Source: Gemmatimonas sp.
Lineage (GTDB): Bacteria; Gemmatimonadota; Gemmatimonadetes; Gemmatimonadales; Gemmatimonadaceae
Length of the DNA stretch: 64,000 nt
Reading direction: 5' to 3'
NCBI GenBank assembly: GCA_031414535.1
Contig: JANNVQ010000054.1
Coordinates: forward strand, 96,001 to 160,000
Shown here: in pieces, positions 17,897 to 28,361 of the stretch
How the letters are laid out: each line of letters starts with the position of its first letter
How positions within the stretch are numbered: the stretch's first letter is position 1
Translations under genes and position numbers: made by a program
The notes under the pieces: generated by a model
Told to the model about the DNA's origin: nothing
Databases searched by the model: none
What the model saw: the letters and a program-made list of their open reading frames with translations, nothing else

Positions 17897-19091
17897 ATGC
17901 GGTGGATGGCGCGCGCTGCGTCTGCAGCCGCGCCGCCACTTGCTCGGCCCGCGTCATCGCACGGAGGATGTTCTCTCCCGCGAGCTTGCGGAGGTCTGCC
18001 TCGCTCCAGCCACGGCGCGAGAGTTCGGCAAAGAGCCGCGGATAGCTCGCGACGTCTTCGAGCCCGACGACCACCTCTTCGATGCCATCGAAATCGCCGC
18101 CGATGCCAACGTGATCCACGCCGGCCACGCGCCGGATGTGATCAATATGATTGGCGACCTGCGCGAGTGTGGCTGAGGGGCGCGCGCCGCTGCGCTGGGC
18201 CTCGGGCGTGCGGTTCCAGTCAATTTGTGCTTGCGACACGAAGCCGGGCACGAAGGTCACCATCACCACGCCGCCATTGCGCGGCAAGCGCGCGAGAATC
18301 GAATCCGGCACGTTGCGGGTGTGGTTGGCCACCGCGAACGCATTGGAGTGCGACCAGATTACCGGAGCCTCAGACGCATCGAGCGCGTCACTCATTGTGC
18401 CCGGAGAGGTGTGCGAGAGATCCACGAGCATGCCGAGGCGGTTCATCTCGCGCACGACTTCCTTTCCAAAGGCCGTGAGGCCCGCGTGCTGCGGATTCGC
18501 CACATGCGAGTCCACCCAATCGAGATGCACGTTGTGCGTGAGCGTCATGTAGCGCACACCCATGGCGTAATAGGCGCGCAGTGCCCCAAGCGAATTCTCA
18601 ATCGCGTGTCCGCCTTCCATCCCCATCACCGAACCGATGCGACCGCGAGCGAAGGCATCGCGGAAGCCCTGCGCGGTAGTCACGGGCTGCAAGACATCCG
18701 GATACTTGGCGAAGACGCGCTGGGCGATGTCAATCTCCTCAAGCTGCACGCGCGCGTAGCCGAGGGCCTTGTAGGTGGATTCTCCTGGCACGTACACGGA
18801 CCAGAACTGTCCGCCTAGGCGGCCCTCGCGCATGCGCGCGACATCCGTGTGGCCGATGGTGCGCTGGCGTAGGTCATAGCGTTCGACGTCCATCGGCGCG
18901 GCGGCGAAGTTGCGAATCGCCCAAGGCAAATCATTGTGGCCATCAATGAGCGGCACCGCGCGGAGCACTCGCTCGGCGCGGGCCATGTGTTGATCAGCCG
19001 GTGCGGATTGCGAGGCCTGGGCACAGGCCACGGAGGGCGCCGCAACGAACACGGCGAGAAGGGCGTGAAAGAGATTGGCGGATGGTCGCAT
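17865..19091 (-). CDS. Membrane/renal-type dipeptidase (peptidase M19)
   Basis: DGHNDLPW, GGQFWSVY, MEGGH, TLTHN, DLSH, SHS, GGDFDG; signal peptide. Confidence 0.92.
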   Translation of the reverse strand: MRPSANLFHALLAVFVAAPSVACAQASQSAPADQHMARAERVLRAVPLIDGHNDLPWAIRNFAAAPMDVERYDLRQRTIGHTDVARMREGRLGGQFWSVYVPGESTYKALGYARVQLEEIDIAQRVFAKYPDVLQPVTTAQGFRDAFARGRIGSVMGMEGGHAIENSLGALRAYYAMGVRYMTLTHNVHLDWVDSHVANPQHAGLTAFGKEVVREMNRLGMLVDLSHTSPGTMSDALDASEAPVIWSHSNAFAVANHTRNVPDSILARLPRNGGVVMVTFVPGFVSQAQIDWNRTPEAQRSGARPSATLAQVANHIDHIRRVAGVDHVGIGGDFDGIEEVVVGLEDVASYPRLFAELSRRGWSEADLRKLAGENILRAMTRAEQVAARLQTQRAPSTASIEQLDPKAP

Positions 19092-19113
19092 CCCGCCAAT
19101 CTACAGCATCCTG

Positions 19114-19314
19114 CTAGATATCGCGGCGCAATCCGCAGGTGTTGAAGCCAAACACGGAGTAGAGTGGGCACCATCCCATGGCGGCGGTGCCGAGCGGAAT
19201 AAGGCCGAGCCATCCCCACGGCGTTTGTGGTCCCATGAAGACAAAGGAAAGAATCACCGCGCCAAAAACGGCGCGCATCGTGCGATCAGTGGTGCCTTCG
19301 TTGACCTTGAACAT
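19114..19314 (-). CDS. DUF2892 (YgaP-like) small membrane protein
   Basis: NEGTTDRTMR...GWCPLYSVFGFNTC; CAGGAG RBS. Confidence 0.85.
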   Translation of the reverse strand: MFKVNEGTTDRTMRAVFGAVILSFVFMGPQTPWGWLGLIPLGTAAMGWCPLYSVFGFNTCGLRRDI

Positions 19315-19492
19315 TGGGTGCTCCTGTCGGGGAACGCGCTGCTTCATTGCGCTGGATGTATCCTGCCGCTTTACCCCTCGTTCCGGTATCCGTCTTCGGG
19401 CCTATTTCGTGCGAGGGAAACCCTCACCTTGCTCGGCGGTATATTCTCAAGGCTCGCAGTACTCATCGCCCTGCCCTCAACCCCTTTGGCCG

Positions 19493-21502
19493 ATGCCCCG
19501 CGCCCTTCTGGCATGCTTGCTTCTCTCCGCCCCTGTGCTCTCGGCGCAGGATCCTACTCCCTCGCCCATCGCAAGGATTGTGGTGCTGCCGCTGCAGCGC
19601 GTCGTCGCGGCCGGTGACACGCTTCGCCTTCGCGCCGAGGCGCGTGACGCCGCGGGCAACTTGGTCCCGAATGTGAGCTTCCGCTTTGCTCAATCGGGAG
19701 CGCGCTTTGAGGGCGCCGTGTCAGCCGACGGTCTGGTGACGTCGGGTTCAACGGGCGTGCTGCCCGCTGCGGTGGTGGCGGTGCTCCCGGGTCAGCAGCC
19801 CAAGGTGGAGCGATTCGAGATTCGCATGGTGGCTGGGCCAGCGGCGCGGATTGCGCTCACACCAGCGCTGACGCGTCTCGTGCCGGGGCAGCGCATTCGT
19901 TTGAATGCCGACGTGCGCTCGGCCATCGGCGACGTGCGCAATGATCGCGTGACGTGGAATTCATCGAATGCGGCAGTGCTGCGCGTGAACGAAGTGGGGC
20001 TCGTGACGGCGGTGGCGGCAGGCCGCGCTCGGATCACGGCACGTGCGGGCGAGGTCACGCAGGCACTCGAGCTGCAAGTGGTCGCGAGCACGGTGGCGTC
20101 GTTCAGTGTGGAGCCGGGGGTCACAGACGCGCGCACGGGCGATGTCATTCGCTTTAAGGCCGTGGCACGCGATGCGCAGGGTCGCGAGATCGTGGGTGTC
20201 ACGCCAGTGTGGAGCTTCTCGCCAGGCCAAGGCATGATTGAGTCCGATGGTGCCTTCGTGGGCTATGAGGCCGGGAGTTACACCGTCACGGCCTCGCTCG
20301 GCAATCGCTCGGCGGACGCGGTCGTGTCGCTCGCCGCGCGCGACGTGCGCCGGCCGCTTTCAGTCGTGGGCCGCCTTCCGCGCACGCGCTTCAATACGGA
20401 AGAAGTCTGGCTGCATCCCAACGGTCAGGTGGCCTACCTCGGCTCGGGCGGCGGCGGCGACGTGTTGTACACGATTGACATCTCGAATCCCGCTGCGCCG
20501 ATGGTGACGGACTCCATCATCGCCAACACGCGTCGTGTGAACGACGTGATGACGACGCCTGACGGCAAGTACCTCGTGTTCACGCGTGAAGGTGCGGCGG
20601 ACCGGCGCAACGGCGTCGTGTTCGCCTCGTTAGAAGATCCGCGCCATCCGAAAGTCATTAGCGAGTTCACGCAGGGCGTCACGGCCGGCGTGCACTCCAG
20701 CTTCATCTATAAAGATCCCCGTTACGGCCAGCACGTCTTCCTCACCAATGACGGCACCGGCGCGCTGCACGTGCTCAACATTGATGATCCGGCCAACCCA
20801 CGCGAAGTCGCGCAGTGGAAGACGGAGAACCGGCCCGACGCTGGGCGCACGCTGCACGACATTGACGTGCAGGATGGTCTACTCTACGGCAGCTGGTGGA
20901 ATGACGGGCTCGTGATTCTCGACGTGGGCAACGGCATCAAGGGCGGCACGCCGTCCAATCCCGTGTTGGTCACGCAGTACAAGTACGACTTGAATGCCTT
21001 GTACCGCGATGTGGAGGCGACTGGCGGGCCCGGCTTCATTCGCGGCACGCACACGGCGTGGCGCCATCGCAACTACGTGTTTATCGCCGACGAGGTGTTC
21101 CCATCGAGTGGCGTGCAGGGTGCCAAGGACGCCGCCGCAGGCCGCGCCTACGGGAGACTGCAAGTCATTGATATCTCCGACCTGAACGCGCCCAAGTCCG
21201 TGGCATGGTACGAGCCAGAGTATGGTGGCGTGCACAACGTATGGGTGGCGGGTGATTCGCTGTACATCGGCGCGTACAATGCGGGCTTCCGCGTGTTTGA
21301 CGTCTCTGGTGAGCTACGCGGTGACTTGCGCGCGCAGGGCAGAGAGATTGGCCATCTGAACACCGCCGACATGGACGGCCGCGCGCGCAACACGGCGATG
21401 ACGTGGGGTGTGGTCGTGCGCGACGGCTTGGCCTATGTGAATGACATGAACAACGGCCTGTGGATTGTGCGTATTGAACCGAAATCCAGCGTGGTGCCGT
21501 GA
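19493..21502 (+). CDS. Secreted protein with Ig-like (Big_2) domains and an LVIVD-repeat beta-propeller
   Basis: Signal peptide; VTWNSSNAAVLRVNEVGLVTAV; repeats YTIDISNPAAP, HVLNIDDPANP, VILDVGN, QVIDISDLNAP. Confidence 0.8.
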   Translation: MPRALLACLLLSAPVLSAQDPTPSPIARIVVLPLQRVVAAGDTLRLRAEARDAAGNLVPNVSFRFAQSGARFEGAVSADGLVTSGSTGVLPAAVVAVLPGQQPKVERFEIRMVAGPAARIALTPALTRLVPGQRIRLNADVRSAIGDVRNDRVTWNSSNAAVLRVNEVGLVTAVAAGRARITARAGEVTQALELQVVASTVASFSVEPGVTDARTGDVIRFKAVARDAQGREIVGVTPVWSFSPGQGMIESDGAFVGYEAGSYTVTASLGNRSADAVVSLAARDVRRPLSVVGRLPRTRFNTEEVWLHPNGQVAYLGSGGGGDVLYTIDISNPAAPMVTDSIIANTRRVNDVMTTPDGKYLVFTREGAADRRNGVVFASLEDPRHPKVISEFTQGVTAGVHSSFIYKDPRYGQHVFLTNDGTGALHVLNIDDPANPREVAQWKTENRPDAGRTLHDIDVQDGLLYGSWWNDGLVILDVGNGIKGGTPSNPVLVTQYKYDLNALYRDVEATGGPGFIRGTHTAWRHRNYVFIADEVFPSSGVQGAKDAAAGRAYGRLQVIDISDLNAPKSVAWYEPEYGGVHNVWVAGDSLYIGAYNAGFRVFDVSGELRGDLRAQGREIGHLNTADMDGRARNTAMTWGVVVRDGLAYVNDMNNGLWIVRIEPKSSVVP

Positions 21503-22707
21503 TTAGCCTAGGCTCGCGGCTCTCACTCGCCATGGCGCTCGCCGCAGGGATGCTCGGCTGTCAGCCGAGCATTCCAGCGGCGAACGTGCGTCCCCGCGTA
21601 CTCACGGAGACTATGGCGCCGAGCGCGGTGAGCGCACCGACGCGGCGCTACGAGGCCATCGTCGTCTCGGAGTCGGTGGACGAGATTGCGCGTATTGAGT
21701 TCGGGCCTGAGGGCGCGCGCGTGGTACGCACCGTGCCGGTTGGCATGTCGCTGATTGATCCAGATGGTCCGCACGGCGTCGCTCTGTCTCCGGATGGCCA
21801 GCATTACTACGTGAGCACCGCGCACGGCTTACCCGGCGGTTCGTTGTGGAAGTTCCGGACCATTGATGACGTGGCCGTATCGCGTGCGACGCTCGGTCTC
21901 TTCCCCGCGACCACACAAGTGAGCCCGGACGGCTACTACGCTTGGGTGGTGAACTTCAACCTCCACGGCGATATGGTGGCATCAAGCGTATCGGTGGTAG
22001 AGACGGGCGAGATGCTGGAGATTGCGCGCATTCCCACCTGCACGATGCCACATGGATCGCGACTCAATGCGGCCGGGACTCGGCACTATTCCGCGTGCAT
22101 GATGGACGAGGAGCTGGTGGAGATTGATGCACAGAAGTTCGAGGTGTCCCGGCACTTCTTTCTCACCAAGGGAAAGGAGACGGGCATGAACGGCGCTCCG
22201 CCGCGGCGCGGTGCCAGTGCGCACGCGGATCACGACATGGGCGGACACGGCATGGAGCCGCCCGCTCTGGGTGATGTGAGTTGCTCGCCAACGTGGGCGC
22301 AGCCGTCACCCGATGGCGCGCGCGTGTGGGTGGCCTGCAATCGGTCAAGCGAGATCGTGGAGATTGACGTCGCGAGCTGGTCGCTCGTGCGCCGCATTCC
22401 GGCAGGTGAGGGCGTATACAATCTCGCGGTCACCGGCGACGGGCACCTTCTCGTAGCGACCAACAAGCGCGGGCGCTCGGTGAGCGTGTTCGATGTGGCG
22501 AGCGGCCGCGAGCTCGCCCGCATCCCGACCTCGAGGCGCGTGGTGCACGGCGCAGCAATCTCCTCGGATAATCGCTACGCGTTCATCTCCAACGAAGGCG
22601 TCGGCTCGGAGAAGGCCACCGTGGACATCGTGGACCTGCGTACCCTGCAATTGGTCGCCACCGTTGAGGTGGGCCAGCAGGCGGGCGGCATCGACGTGCT
22701 ACGCTGA
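21499..22707 (+). CDS. YncE/YVTN beta-propeller lipoprotein
   Basis: Lipobox MLGC; PHGVALSPDG-type blades; GTGA overlap with the upstream gene. Confidence 0.8.
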   Translation: MISLGSRLSLAMALAAGMLGCQPSIPAANVRPRVLTETMAPSAVSAPTRRYEAIVVSESVDEIARIEFGPEGARVVRTVPVGMSLIDPDGPHGVALSPDGQHYYVSTAHGLPGGSLWKFRTIDDVAVSRATLGLFPATTQVSPDGYYAWVVNFNLHGDMVASSVSVVETGEMLEIARIPTCTMPHGSRLNAAGTRHYSACMMDEELVEIDAQKFEVSRHFFLTKGKETGMNGAPPRRGASAHADHDMGGHGMEPPALGDVSCSPTWAQPSPDGARVWVACNRSSEIVEIDVASWSLVRRIPAGEGVYNLAVTGDGHLLVATNKRGRSVSVFDVASGRELARIPTSRRVVHGAAISSDNRYAFISNEGVGSEKATVDIVDLRTLQLVATVEVGQQAGGIDVLR

Positions 22708-22710
22708 GCC

Positions 22711-24273
22711 TCAGCCTGCCCGGCGGGCGTCGCCCACGTTAGGAGCGACCACGGGAAGGTGTTGCACCTCTGTTCCCGCGACTGGGAAGTAGAGTTGCAC
22801 GACCGTTCCGCTCCCTGCTTTGCTGTGTACTTGGACCATCCCCTCGTGATCCTTCATCATGCCGTACACCATCGTTAGGCCGAGTCCGGCACCCGCTACC
22901 GCCCCTTTGGTGGTGAAGAACGGTTCAAACATCCGCTCGGCGGTTGCCTCGTCCATGCCGACGCCGGTATCGCTCACGGAGACGCAGATGTAGTTGCCGG
23001 GCTTCAGCCAAGGATGCGACGCGCGATAGCGCGCGTCGAGCGCGCTCGCGCGGCACGCGATGTCTATAGTGCCACCATCGGGCATGGCGTCGCGGGCATT
23101 GGTGCACAGGTTGGCAAGAATCTGCTCAAAGGCACCCACGTCGATGAGGGCGGCTTCATCGCCCTCAATTGCCGTGGCCTCCAGCCTGATGTTGTCAGGC
23201 AGTATTCCTGCGATGATGTGCATGAATCCACTGACGGCCGCGTGTACATCAACGCGTTCCCGACGCAACAGCCCGCGGCGACTGAAGCTCACGAGCTGAC
23301 CAATCATGGTCGCGCCGCGCTGCGTGGCCCAGCGGATTTCCTTGAACTCCTGCTTGTCTGAGACGTGCAGCGCGTCTTCTGCGGCCAGCAACTCGGCATT
23401 CGTACGAATCGTGCTCAGTACGCTGCTAAACTCCTGCACAATGCCGGCGGTGACGAGTCCCAAGGCCTCCATCTTCTGGACCTGTCGGCGTTGCTCCTCC
23501 AGAGTGACGCGCGCTGTGAGGTCGCGCAGCACACCGCTGGCATCCAACGCGTAGCCCTGCTCCGGTGGATCGTCACCAGTGTTGCGGACGGCCGCGGTGG
23601 GAATGGCGTTCGCCTGGTTTCTCTTGCGAATCACTGCCCCCAGCCCGAGGGCCAACAGCAGCAGACCGCTTCCTGCAGATACAACTAGAGCGCGTGACCC
23701 AACGAGCGACACCGATTCCACCTGCGCCCTATCTCGAGATAGCACGGACTGTTCGTCCATCACAATCGTCTTGATCGCGGCACGCAGCGAGTCGGTAAGC
23801 TCCCGCCCCCGGAAACCCGCGATGAGCGTTGCCGCATCGCCGGCCCGCAGCGCTTGGCGGAGGGCAACCGTTCTCGACATATGCGCGCGCTGCGATGCCA
23901 GCGCCTCGCGAACATCCGCCAGCATGGGTGCTCGCTCCAGGTCACGGGCGTACAGCACCTCAAGCTTCGCCATCTCCTCGGCTTCAATTTCCAAGGCCCT
24001 TTCGTAGGGGGCGAGGAATCCAGCGTCTCCCGTGATGACGTAGCCGTGCGAACAGGACTCGGCGTCAGTCGCCGCCACAAGCAGGGCGGTCAATTGGACG
24101 ATACGCGAGGCGGCAGCTGTTCTCGAACCGTCGTCGCCAGCCAGCGCGCGGGGGGCGTTGGCGGCGGCGCGCGTGGCAGCCGCCAGGAGCAACACGCCTA
24201 CGACAAAGGCAGCCACCACAGGCCATTTGCTGTGGGATTCAGCCGAGTCCTCGGACGTCTCTAGGTGTTGCAA
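22711..24273 (-). CDS. CHASE3 sensor kinase-like protein lacking the phospho-acceptor His (pseudokinase or decaying gene)
   Basis: GAAGGAG RBS + TTG; CHASE3 AESCSHGYVITGD; QKMEALGLVTAGIVQEFSSVL (family consensus GGIAHDFNNLL); intact NLCTNARDAM, DTGVGMD, FEPFFTTK, GLGL. Confidence 0.75.
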   Translation of the reverse strand: MQHLETSEDSAESHSKWPVVAAFVVGVLLLAAATRAAANAPRALAGDDGSRTAAASRIVQLTALLVAATDAESCSHGYVITGDAGFLAPYERALEIEAEEMAKLEVLYARDLERAPMLADVREALASQRAHMSRTVALRQALRAGDAATLIAGFRGRELTDSLRAAIKTIVMDEQSVLSRDRAQVESVSLVGSRALVVSAGSGLLLLALGLGAVIRKRNQANAIPTAAVRNTGDDPPEQGYALDASGVLRDLTARVTLEEQRRQVQKMEALGLVTAGIVQEFSSVLSTIRTNAELLAAEDALHVSDKQEFKEIRWATQRGATMIGQLVSFSRRGLLRRERVDVHAAVSGFMHIIAGILPDNIRLEATAIEGDEAALIDVGAFEQILANLCTNARDAMPDGGTIDIACRASALDARYRASHPWLKPGNYICVSVSDTGVGMDEATAERMFEPFFTTKGAVAGAGLGLTMVYGMMKDHEGMVQVHSKAGSGTVVQLYFPVAGTEVQHLPVVAPNVGDARRAG

Positions 24274-24423
24274 ACGATCTCCTTCGCGTTGAAACGGGAG
24301 GCGAGCATTTATACAGGAAATACTCGCTGCCCTGCGCAGGCGCACAATCACCCGAAGCCTCGCACAATTGGGCTAGCCCACTCCTCATCCTTCGCTCCGT
24401 TACAAACAGGTGGGAGACACCTA

Positions 24424-24498
24424 GACGGCAGCGGAGACGGAAGAAGGGGCGGCAGACTTTGGTCTGCCGCCCCTTCTTCCGTCATCCGTCTTCCGTCC
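24424..24498. repeat. Family A REP-like palindrome with a perfect 22-bp stem; probable ahcY terminator
   Basis: GACGGAAGAAGGGGCGGCAGAC-tttg-GTCTGCCGCCCCTTCTTCCGTC (24436-24483) followed by ATCCGTC TTCCGTC. Confidence 0.8.
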
Positions 24499-24504
24499 AG
24501 CGTG

Positions 24505-26022
24505 CTAGTAGCGATAGTGATCCGGCTTGTACGGACCATCCACCGGCACGCCGATGTACCCAGCCTGCTTTTCGCTGAGCTTGGTGAGCTTCACGCCAAG
24601 CTTATCGATGTGCAGACGCGCGACCTTCTCGTCGAGCTTCTTTGGCAGCACGTACACCTTGTTCGCGTCGTAGGACGTGCCCGACACGGTCGGCTTGCCC
24701 TGCGCGGCGAGGTGCAGGTCAATCTGCGCCACCACCTGATTGGTGAACGAGCAGCTCATCACGAACGACGGGTGGCCGGTGGCGCAACCGAGGTTCAACA
24801 GGCGGCCTTCGGCGAGGATCAACACCGAGTGCCCGTCCGGGAAAATCCACTCATCGAACTGCGGCTTGATGTTGTTGCGCTTGATGCCCTTCAGGTTCTT
24901 CAGGCCAGCCATGTCGATTTCGTTATCGAAGTGGCCGATGTTTCCGACGATTGCCTTGTCCTTCATCTTGGCCATGTGCTCGACCGTGATGATGTCGGCG
25001 TTGCCGGTGGCGGTGATAAAGACGTCAGCGGTGCTGACGACATCGTCCAGCGTGGTGACCTGGTAGCCTTCCATCGCGGCCTGCAGCGCGCAGATGGGGT
25101 CCACTTCGGTGACGACGACGCGCGCGCCCTGCGCACGCAGCGACTGCGCCGAGCCCTTGCCCACATCGCCGTAGCCCATGACGACGGCAACCTTGCCGGC
25201 GAGCATGACGTCGGACGCGCGGAGGATGCCGTCGGTGAGCGAGTGACGGCAGCCGTAGAGGTTGTCGAACTTGGACTTGGTCACGGCGTCGTTCACGTTG
25301 ATCGCCGGGAAGAGCAGCGAACCAGCCTGCATCATCTCGTAGAGGCGGTGCACACCGGTGGTCGTCTCCTCAGAAACGCCCTTGATGGCCTTCCCCACAT
25401 TGGTCCAACGCTTCGGATCCTGCTTGAGGGTCGTGCGGAGCAGCTCAAGGATGACGCCCCACTCTTCGGGCTCGTTGGCCGCGTCAAACGCTGGAACAAC
25501 ACCAGTGGCCTCGTACTCGGTGCCCTTGTGCACGAGCATCGTGGCGTCGCCGCCGTCATCAAGAATGAGGTTCGGGCCGGCGCCATCGGGCCACATCAGC
25601 GCCTGCTCGGTGCACCACCAGTATTCCTCGAGCGTCTCGCCCTTCCAGGCGAAGACGGGCGTGCCACGCGGCTGCTCAATGCTGCCATCCTTTCCCACGA
25701 CAACGGCAGAGGCGGCGTGATCCTGCGTCGAGAAGATGTTGCAGGAGACCCAGCGCACGTCGGCGCCGAGGTCCGTGAGCGTCTCGATGAGGACCGCGGT
25801 CTGGATGGTCATGTGGAGCGAGCCCATGATGCGGGCGCCGGCAAGCGGCTTCTTGCCCTTGTACTCCTCGCGCAGAGCCATGAGGCCCGGCATCTCGTAC
25901 TCGGCGAGGCGGATTTCCTGACGGCCCCAATCGGCGAGGGTGATGTCGGCGACCTTGTAGCCAGGACGGCCGTTCTTTTCGGATGCGGCGAACGCGTGAA
26001 CCTGTGGAGCGATGGCGGTCAT
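24505..26022 (-). CDS. ahcY: Adenosylhomocysteinase (SAH hydrolase)
   Basis: [72 protein letters not shown]. Confidence 0.98.
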   Translation of the reverse strand: MTAIAPQVHAFAASEKNGRPGYKVADITLADWGRQEIRLAEYEMPGLMALREEYKGKKPLAGARIMGSLHMTIQTAVLIETLTDLGADVRWVSCNIFSTQDHAASAVVVGKDGSIEQPRGTPVFAWKGETLEEYWWCTEQALMWPDGAGPNLILDDGGDATMLVHKGTEYEATGVVPAFDAANEPEEWGVILELLRTTLKQDPKRWTNVGKAIKGVSEETTTGVHRLYEMMQAGSLLFPAINVNDAVTKSKFDNLYGCRHSLTDGILRASDVMLAGKVAVVMGYGDVGKGSAQSLRAQGARVVVTEVDPICALQAAMEGYQVTTLDDVVSTADVFITATGNADIITVEHMAKMKDKAIVGNIGHFDNEIDMAGLKNLKGIKRNNIKPQFDEWIFPDGHSVLILAEGRLLNLGCATGHPSFVMSCSFTNQVVAQIDLHLAAQGKPTVSGTSYDANKVYVLPKKLDEKVARLHIDKLGVKLTKLSEKQAGYIGVPVDGPYKPDHYRY

Positions 26023-26053
26023 TGTTTGAACCTCGGACTGTGTTGTGAAAATT

Positions 26054-26123
26054 GGACGGAAGACGGATGACGGATGATTGGGGAGACGGCGACCATCAAG
26101 CTTCCGTCTTCCGTCATCCGTCC
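26054..26123. repeat. Family A REP-like palindrome between sahR and ahcY
   Basis: GGACGGAAGACGGATGACGGATGA...CTTCCGTCTTCCGTCATCCGTCC. Confidence 0.8.
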
Positions 26124-26125
26124 TG

Positions 26126-27064
26126 TTACAAACTGAGAACTGCGCTGAACAACGTGGGGCCCTTCGAGGTGGAGCTGGGTGGAAGCGCGTGGATGCGCGT
26201 GTGTGCGAACCCGGCCTCCTTCCCCCATTCCTTAATCTGTTCCGCATCGAAGCCCAACCAGACATGGCCCATCGTCTGACGATATTCGGCGCGGTCGTGC
26301 GGGAGCATGTCTACGAGCAGCAACTTGCCGCCCTTTGTGTTCAGCGTGCGGCGGATGCCGATGAGTACCGCCACCGGATCCGCCACGTAGTGCAACACCA
26401 GCGAGAGAATGGCGACGTCGAGCGTGTTGGCATCGATGGGAAGTTCCTCAATGCTTCCGGCGCGCAACTCGACGTTATCGAGAGAAGCGAGCCTTGCCTT
26501 TGCCGCCTTCAACATCGCCGACGATTCATCCACAGCGATCACCTGCTGTACGAACGGCGCCATCACTTCGGCGAGCTGACCGGTGCCACAACCGAGGTCA
26601 CCAATGACCTGCGATTCATTGAGCAAACCGACGAGAGCGAATAACTCCGTTCGCGTACCAAACAGTTCCGCACGGACTTTGTCCCACTGCGCCGCCGAAC
26701 TCGCAAAGAACTGTTGCGAACGCGTATGACGATCCGCCAGTACTCCCTTCACGCGTTGCGCGTCGCGGGCGGCGGCCGTGAGGGCCTCCGCTTCGTCACG
26801 CACCGCTGCCCACAACTTCCGCGTGCCGGCGTCTAGGGCTTTCGCATCCACGCGGTAGCGATTGCTCGTCCCGTCCTCTCGCGCCTGCAACCAGCCCGCG
26901 TCGGTCAGCACCTTTAAGTGTCGACTCACCGTGGACTGCGGCAACTGCAACACCGTGCGCAGTTCCGACACCGTTAGCTCGTGGCGCTCCAGCAGTAGGA
27001 GGAGCCGCGAGCGAATCGGGTCGGCCAAGGCCGACAACCGGTCGAAGAGGGGGGAACGCTTCAT
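26126..27064 (-). CDS. sahR: ArsR-HTH/SAM-binding methyltransferase-fold regulator (SahR-like)
   Basis: [11 protein letters not shown]...[18 protein letters not shown]; directly upstream of ahcY. Confidence 0.85.
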   Translation of the reverse strand: MKRSPLFDRLSALADPIRSRLLLLLERHELTVSELRTVLQLPQSTVSRHLKVLTDAGWLQAREDGTSNRYRVDAKALDAGTRKLWAAVRDEAEALTAAARDAQRVKGVLADRHTRSQQFFASSAAQWDKVRAELFGTRTELFALVGLLNESQVIGDLGCGTGQLAEVMAPFVQQVIAVDESSAMLKAAKARLASLDNVELRAGSIEELPIDANTLDVAILSLVLHYVADPVAVLIGIRRTLNTKGGKLLLVDMLPHDRAEYRQTMGHVWLGFDAEQIKEWGKEAGFAHTRIHALPPSSTSKGPTLFSAVLSL

Positions 27065-27081
27065 CCGTATATCCGGATGAA
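27060..27081. promoter_or_regulatory. Palindromic operator overlapping the sahR start codon
   Basis: TTCATCCG-tatatc-CGGATGAA, perfect 8-bp arms. Confidence 0.75.
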
Positions 27082-27084
27082 AGG

Positions 27085-27726
27085 TTACAACGCGGCGGCC
27101 ATCCGCGCAAGTCGAACGGGGTCCAAGTGGCCACCCCGGCGCACCCCCGAGCACACGTCCACACCGTGCGGGCGCACCGTGGCCACGGCCTCGGCGACGT
27201 TTTCGGCGTGGAGGCCGCCGGCCAGCCACACGGGGACGGCGGCGGCGCGCACGATGCGGGCGCTCAGGCTCCAGTCGTGCACGCGACCCGTGCCACCCAA
27301 CTCCTTGACGGCCGCGTTGGGATTGCCAGAGTCGAGCAGGAGTTCATCTACGTACGGCGCGAGCGCGATGGCCTCGGCGACGTCAGCCGCACCGCGCACG
27401 TGAATCACTTGCACGATGTGCACGTCCGGCGCGAGGCGCCGCAACTCGGCGTGTGCCCCTGCTGCGAGGGCGTCTACGAGTTGCACAGTCTCCGGCTGCA
27501 ACACACGCAGTTGCGCAGCGATGGCGGCTGGCTCGGTGCGTGACGTGAGCAGGAACGTTCGCGCGCGGCCTCTCGCCCACTGCGTGACATCGCGAATGAC
27601 ATCGTCATTCACGACGCCAGGGCCACTCGGCATATCCGAGACCAAGCCGAGCGCAGTGGCTCCGTGATGGAGCGCGAGTTCGGCCTCCGCAATGCTGGCA
27701 ATGCAACAGATCTTCAGCTGGGTCAT
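27085..27726 (-). CDS. trpF: Phosphoribosylanthranilate isomerase
   Basis: LKICCI, LLLDSG, GGTGRVHDW, LAGGL..ENV, GVDVCSGV. Confidence 0.85.
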   Translation of the reverse strand: MTQLKICCIASIAEAELALHHGATALGLVSDMPSGPGVVNDDVIRDVTQWARGRARTFLLTSRTEPAAIAAQLRVLQPETVQLVDALAAGAHAELRRLAPDVHIVQVIHVRGAADVAEAIALAPYVDELLLDSGNPNAAVKELGGTGRVHDWSLSARIVRAAAVPVWLAGGLHAENVAEAVATVRPHGVDVCSGVRRGGHLDPVRLARMAAAL

Positions 27727-27737
27727 ACCGGGCGGAC

Positions 27738-28361
27738 TCAGGCTCGACGCTCAAGCGCCGCGGTGTTCTCGCGCAGCGCGTCGCCAACCCAACAGTGCAT
27801 CCCCACCCCGACCAAGCCAGCCTTACCGAATACCTTGCCATAGGCCGCCGCCGAGCGCTCGTGCCACGCAGCACGATCGCCTTCGATGGAATCGTCGGTG
27901 GTGTACGCCTCGAGGTACGCCACCCCGCCAAGCAACTCCGCAATGGCACGAAGCCCAGGCATGAGTTCCGCGTCTGGCACGTACTGCAGCACGTCGCAGA
28001 CCACGATGACATCGTAGGGCCCATCGAGGGCAACATCGGCAAGTGTACCGAAGCTGCCGGAGCGAATGTCGCGGGTGCGGCCAAAGCGCCCAATCACGTA
28101 CTCGCTGGAATCAACGCCCGTGTAGCGGAGATTCGGCCGCTCTCGGCGTAGATGCTCGCGCCAGGACCCTTCGCCGCATCCAATATCGAGCACGCTGCGC
28201 ACGGGCCGCTCCAGCAGCACCTCCGCGACGCTGAGCACGAGCCGAACCTTGCGTGCAACAGCCGCCGGAGTGATGACGCGGCGATCAGGGTCGTGGTACC
28301 ACTGTTCATAGTACGCCGCGTCGTACCGCTTGCTCACCTGCTTGCTCACCTGCTTGCTCAC
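27738..28361 (-). CDS. Class I SAM-dependent methyltransferase
   Basis: VLDIGCGEG, GVDSS, YDVIVVCDVLQY. Confidence 0.85.
   Translation of the reverse strand: MSKQVSKQVSKRYDAAYYEQWYHDPDRRVITPAAVARKVRLVLSVAEVLLERPVRSVLDIGCGEGSWREHLRRERPNLRYTGVDSSEYVIGRFGRTRDIRSGSFGTLADVALDGPYDVIVVCDVLQYVPDAELMPGLRAIAELLGGVAYLEAYTTDDSIEGDRAAWHERSAAAYGKVFGKAGLVGVGMHCWVGDALRENTAALERRA

Noticed and set aside
24265..26070. 601-aa plus-strand ORF
   Set aside because: Antisense shadow of ahcY; high-GC codon bias keeps the reverse frame open; no motifs.
26023..26125. Possible SAH/SAM riboswitch upstream of ahcY
   Set aside because: No recognisable riboswitch consensus; the interval is filled by a family A repeat, and SahR accounts for regulation.
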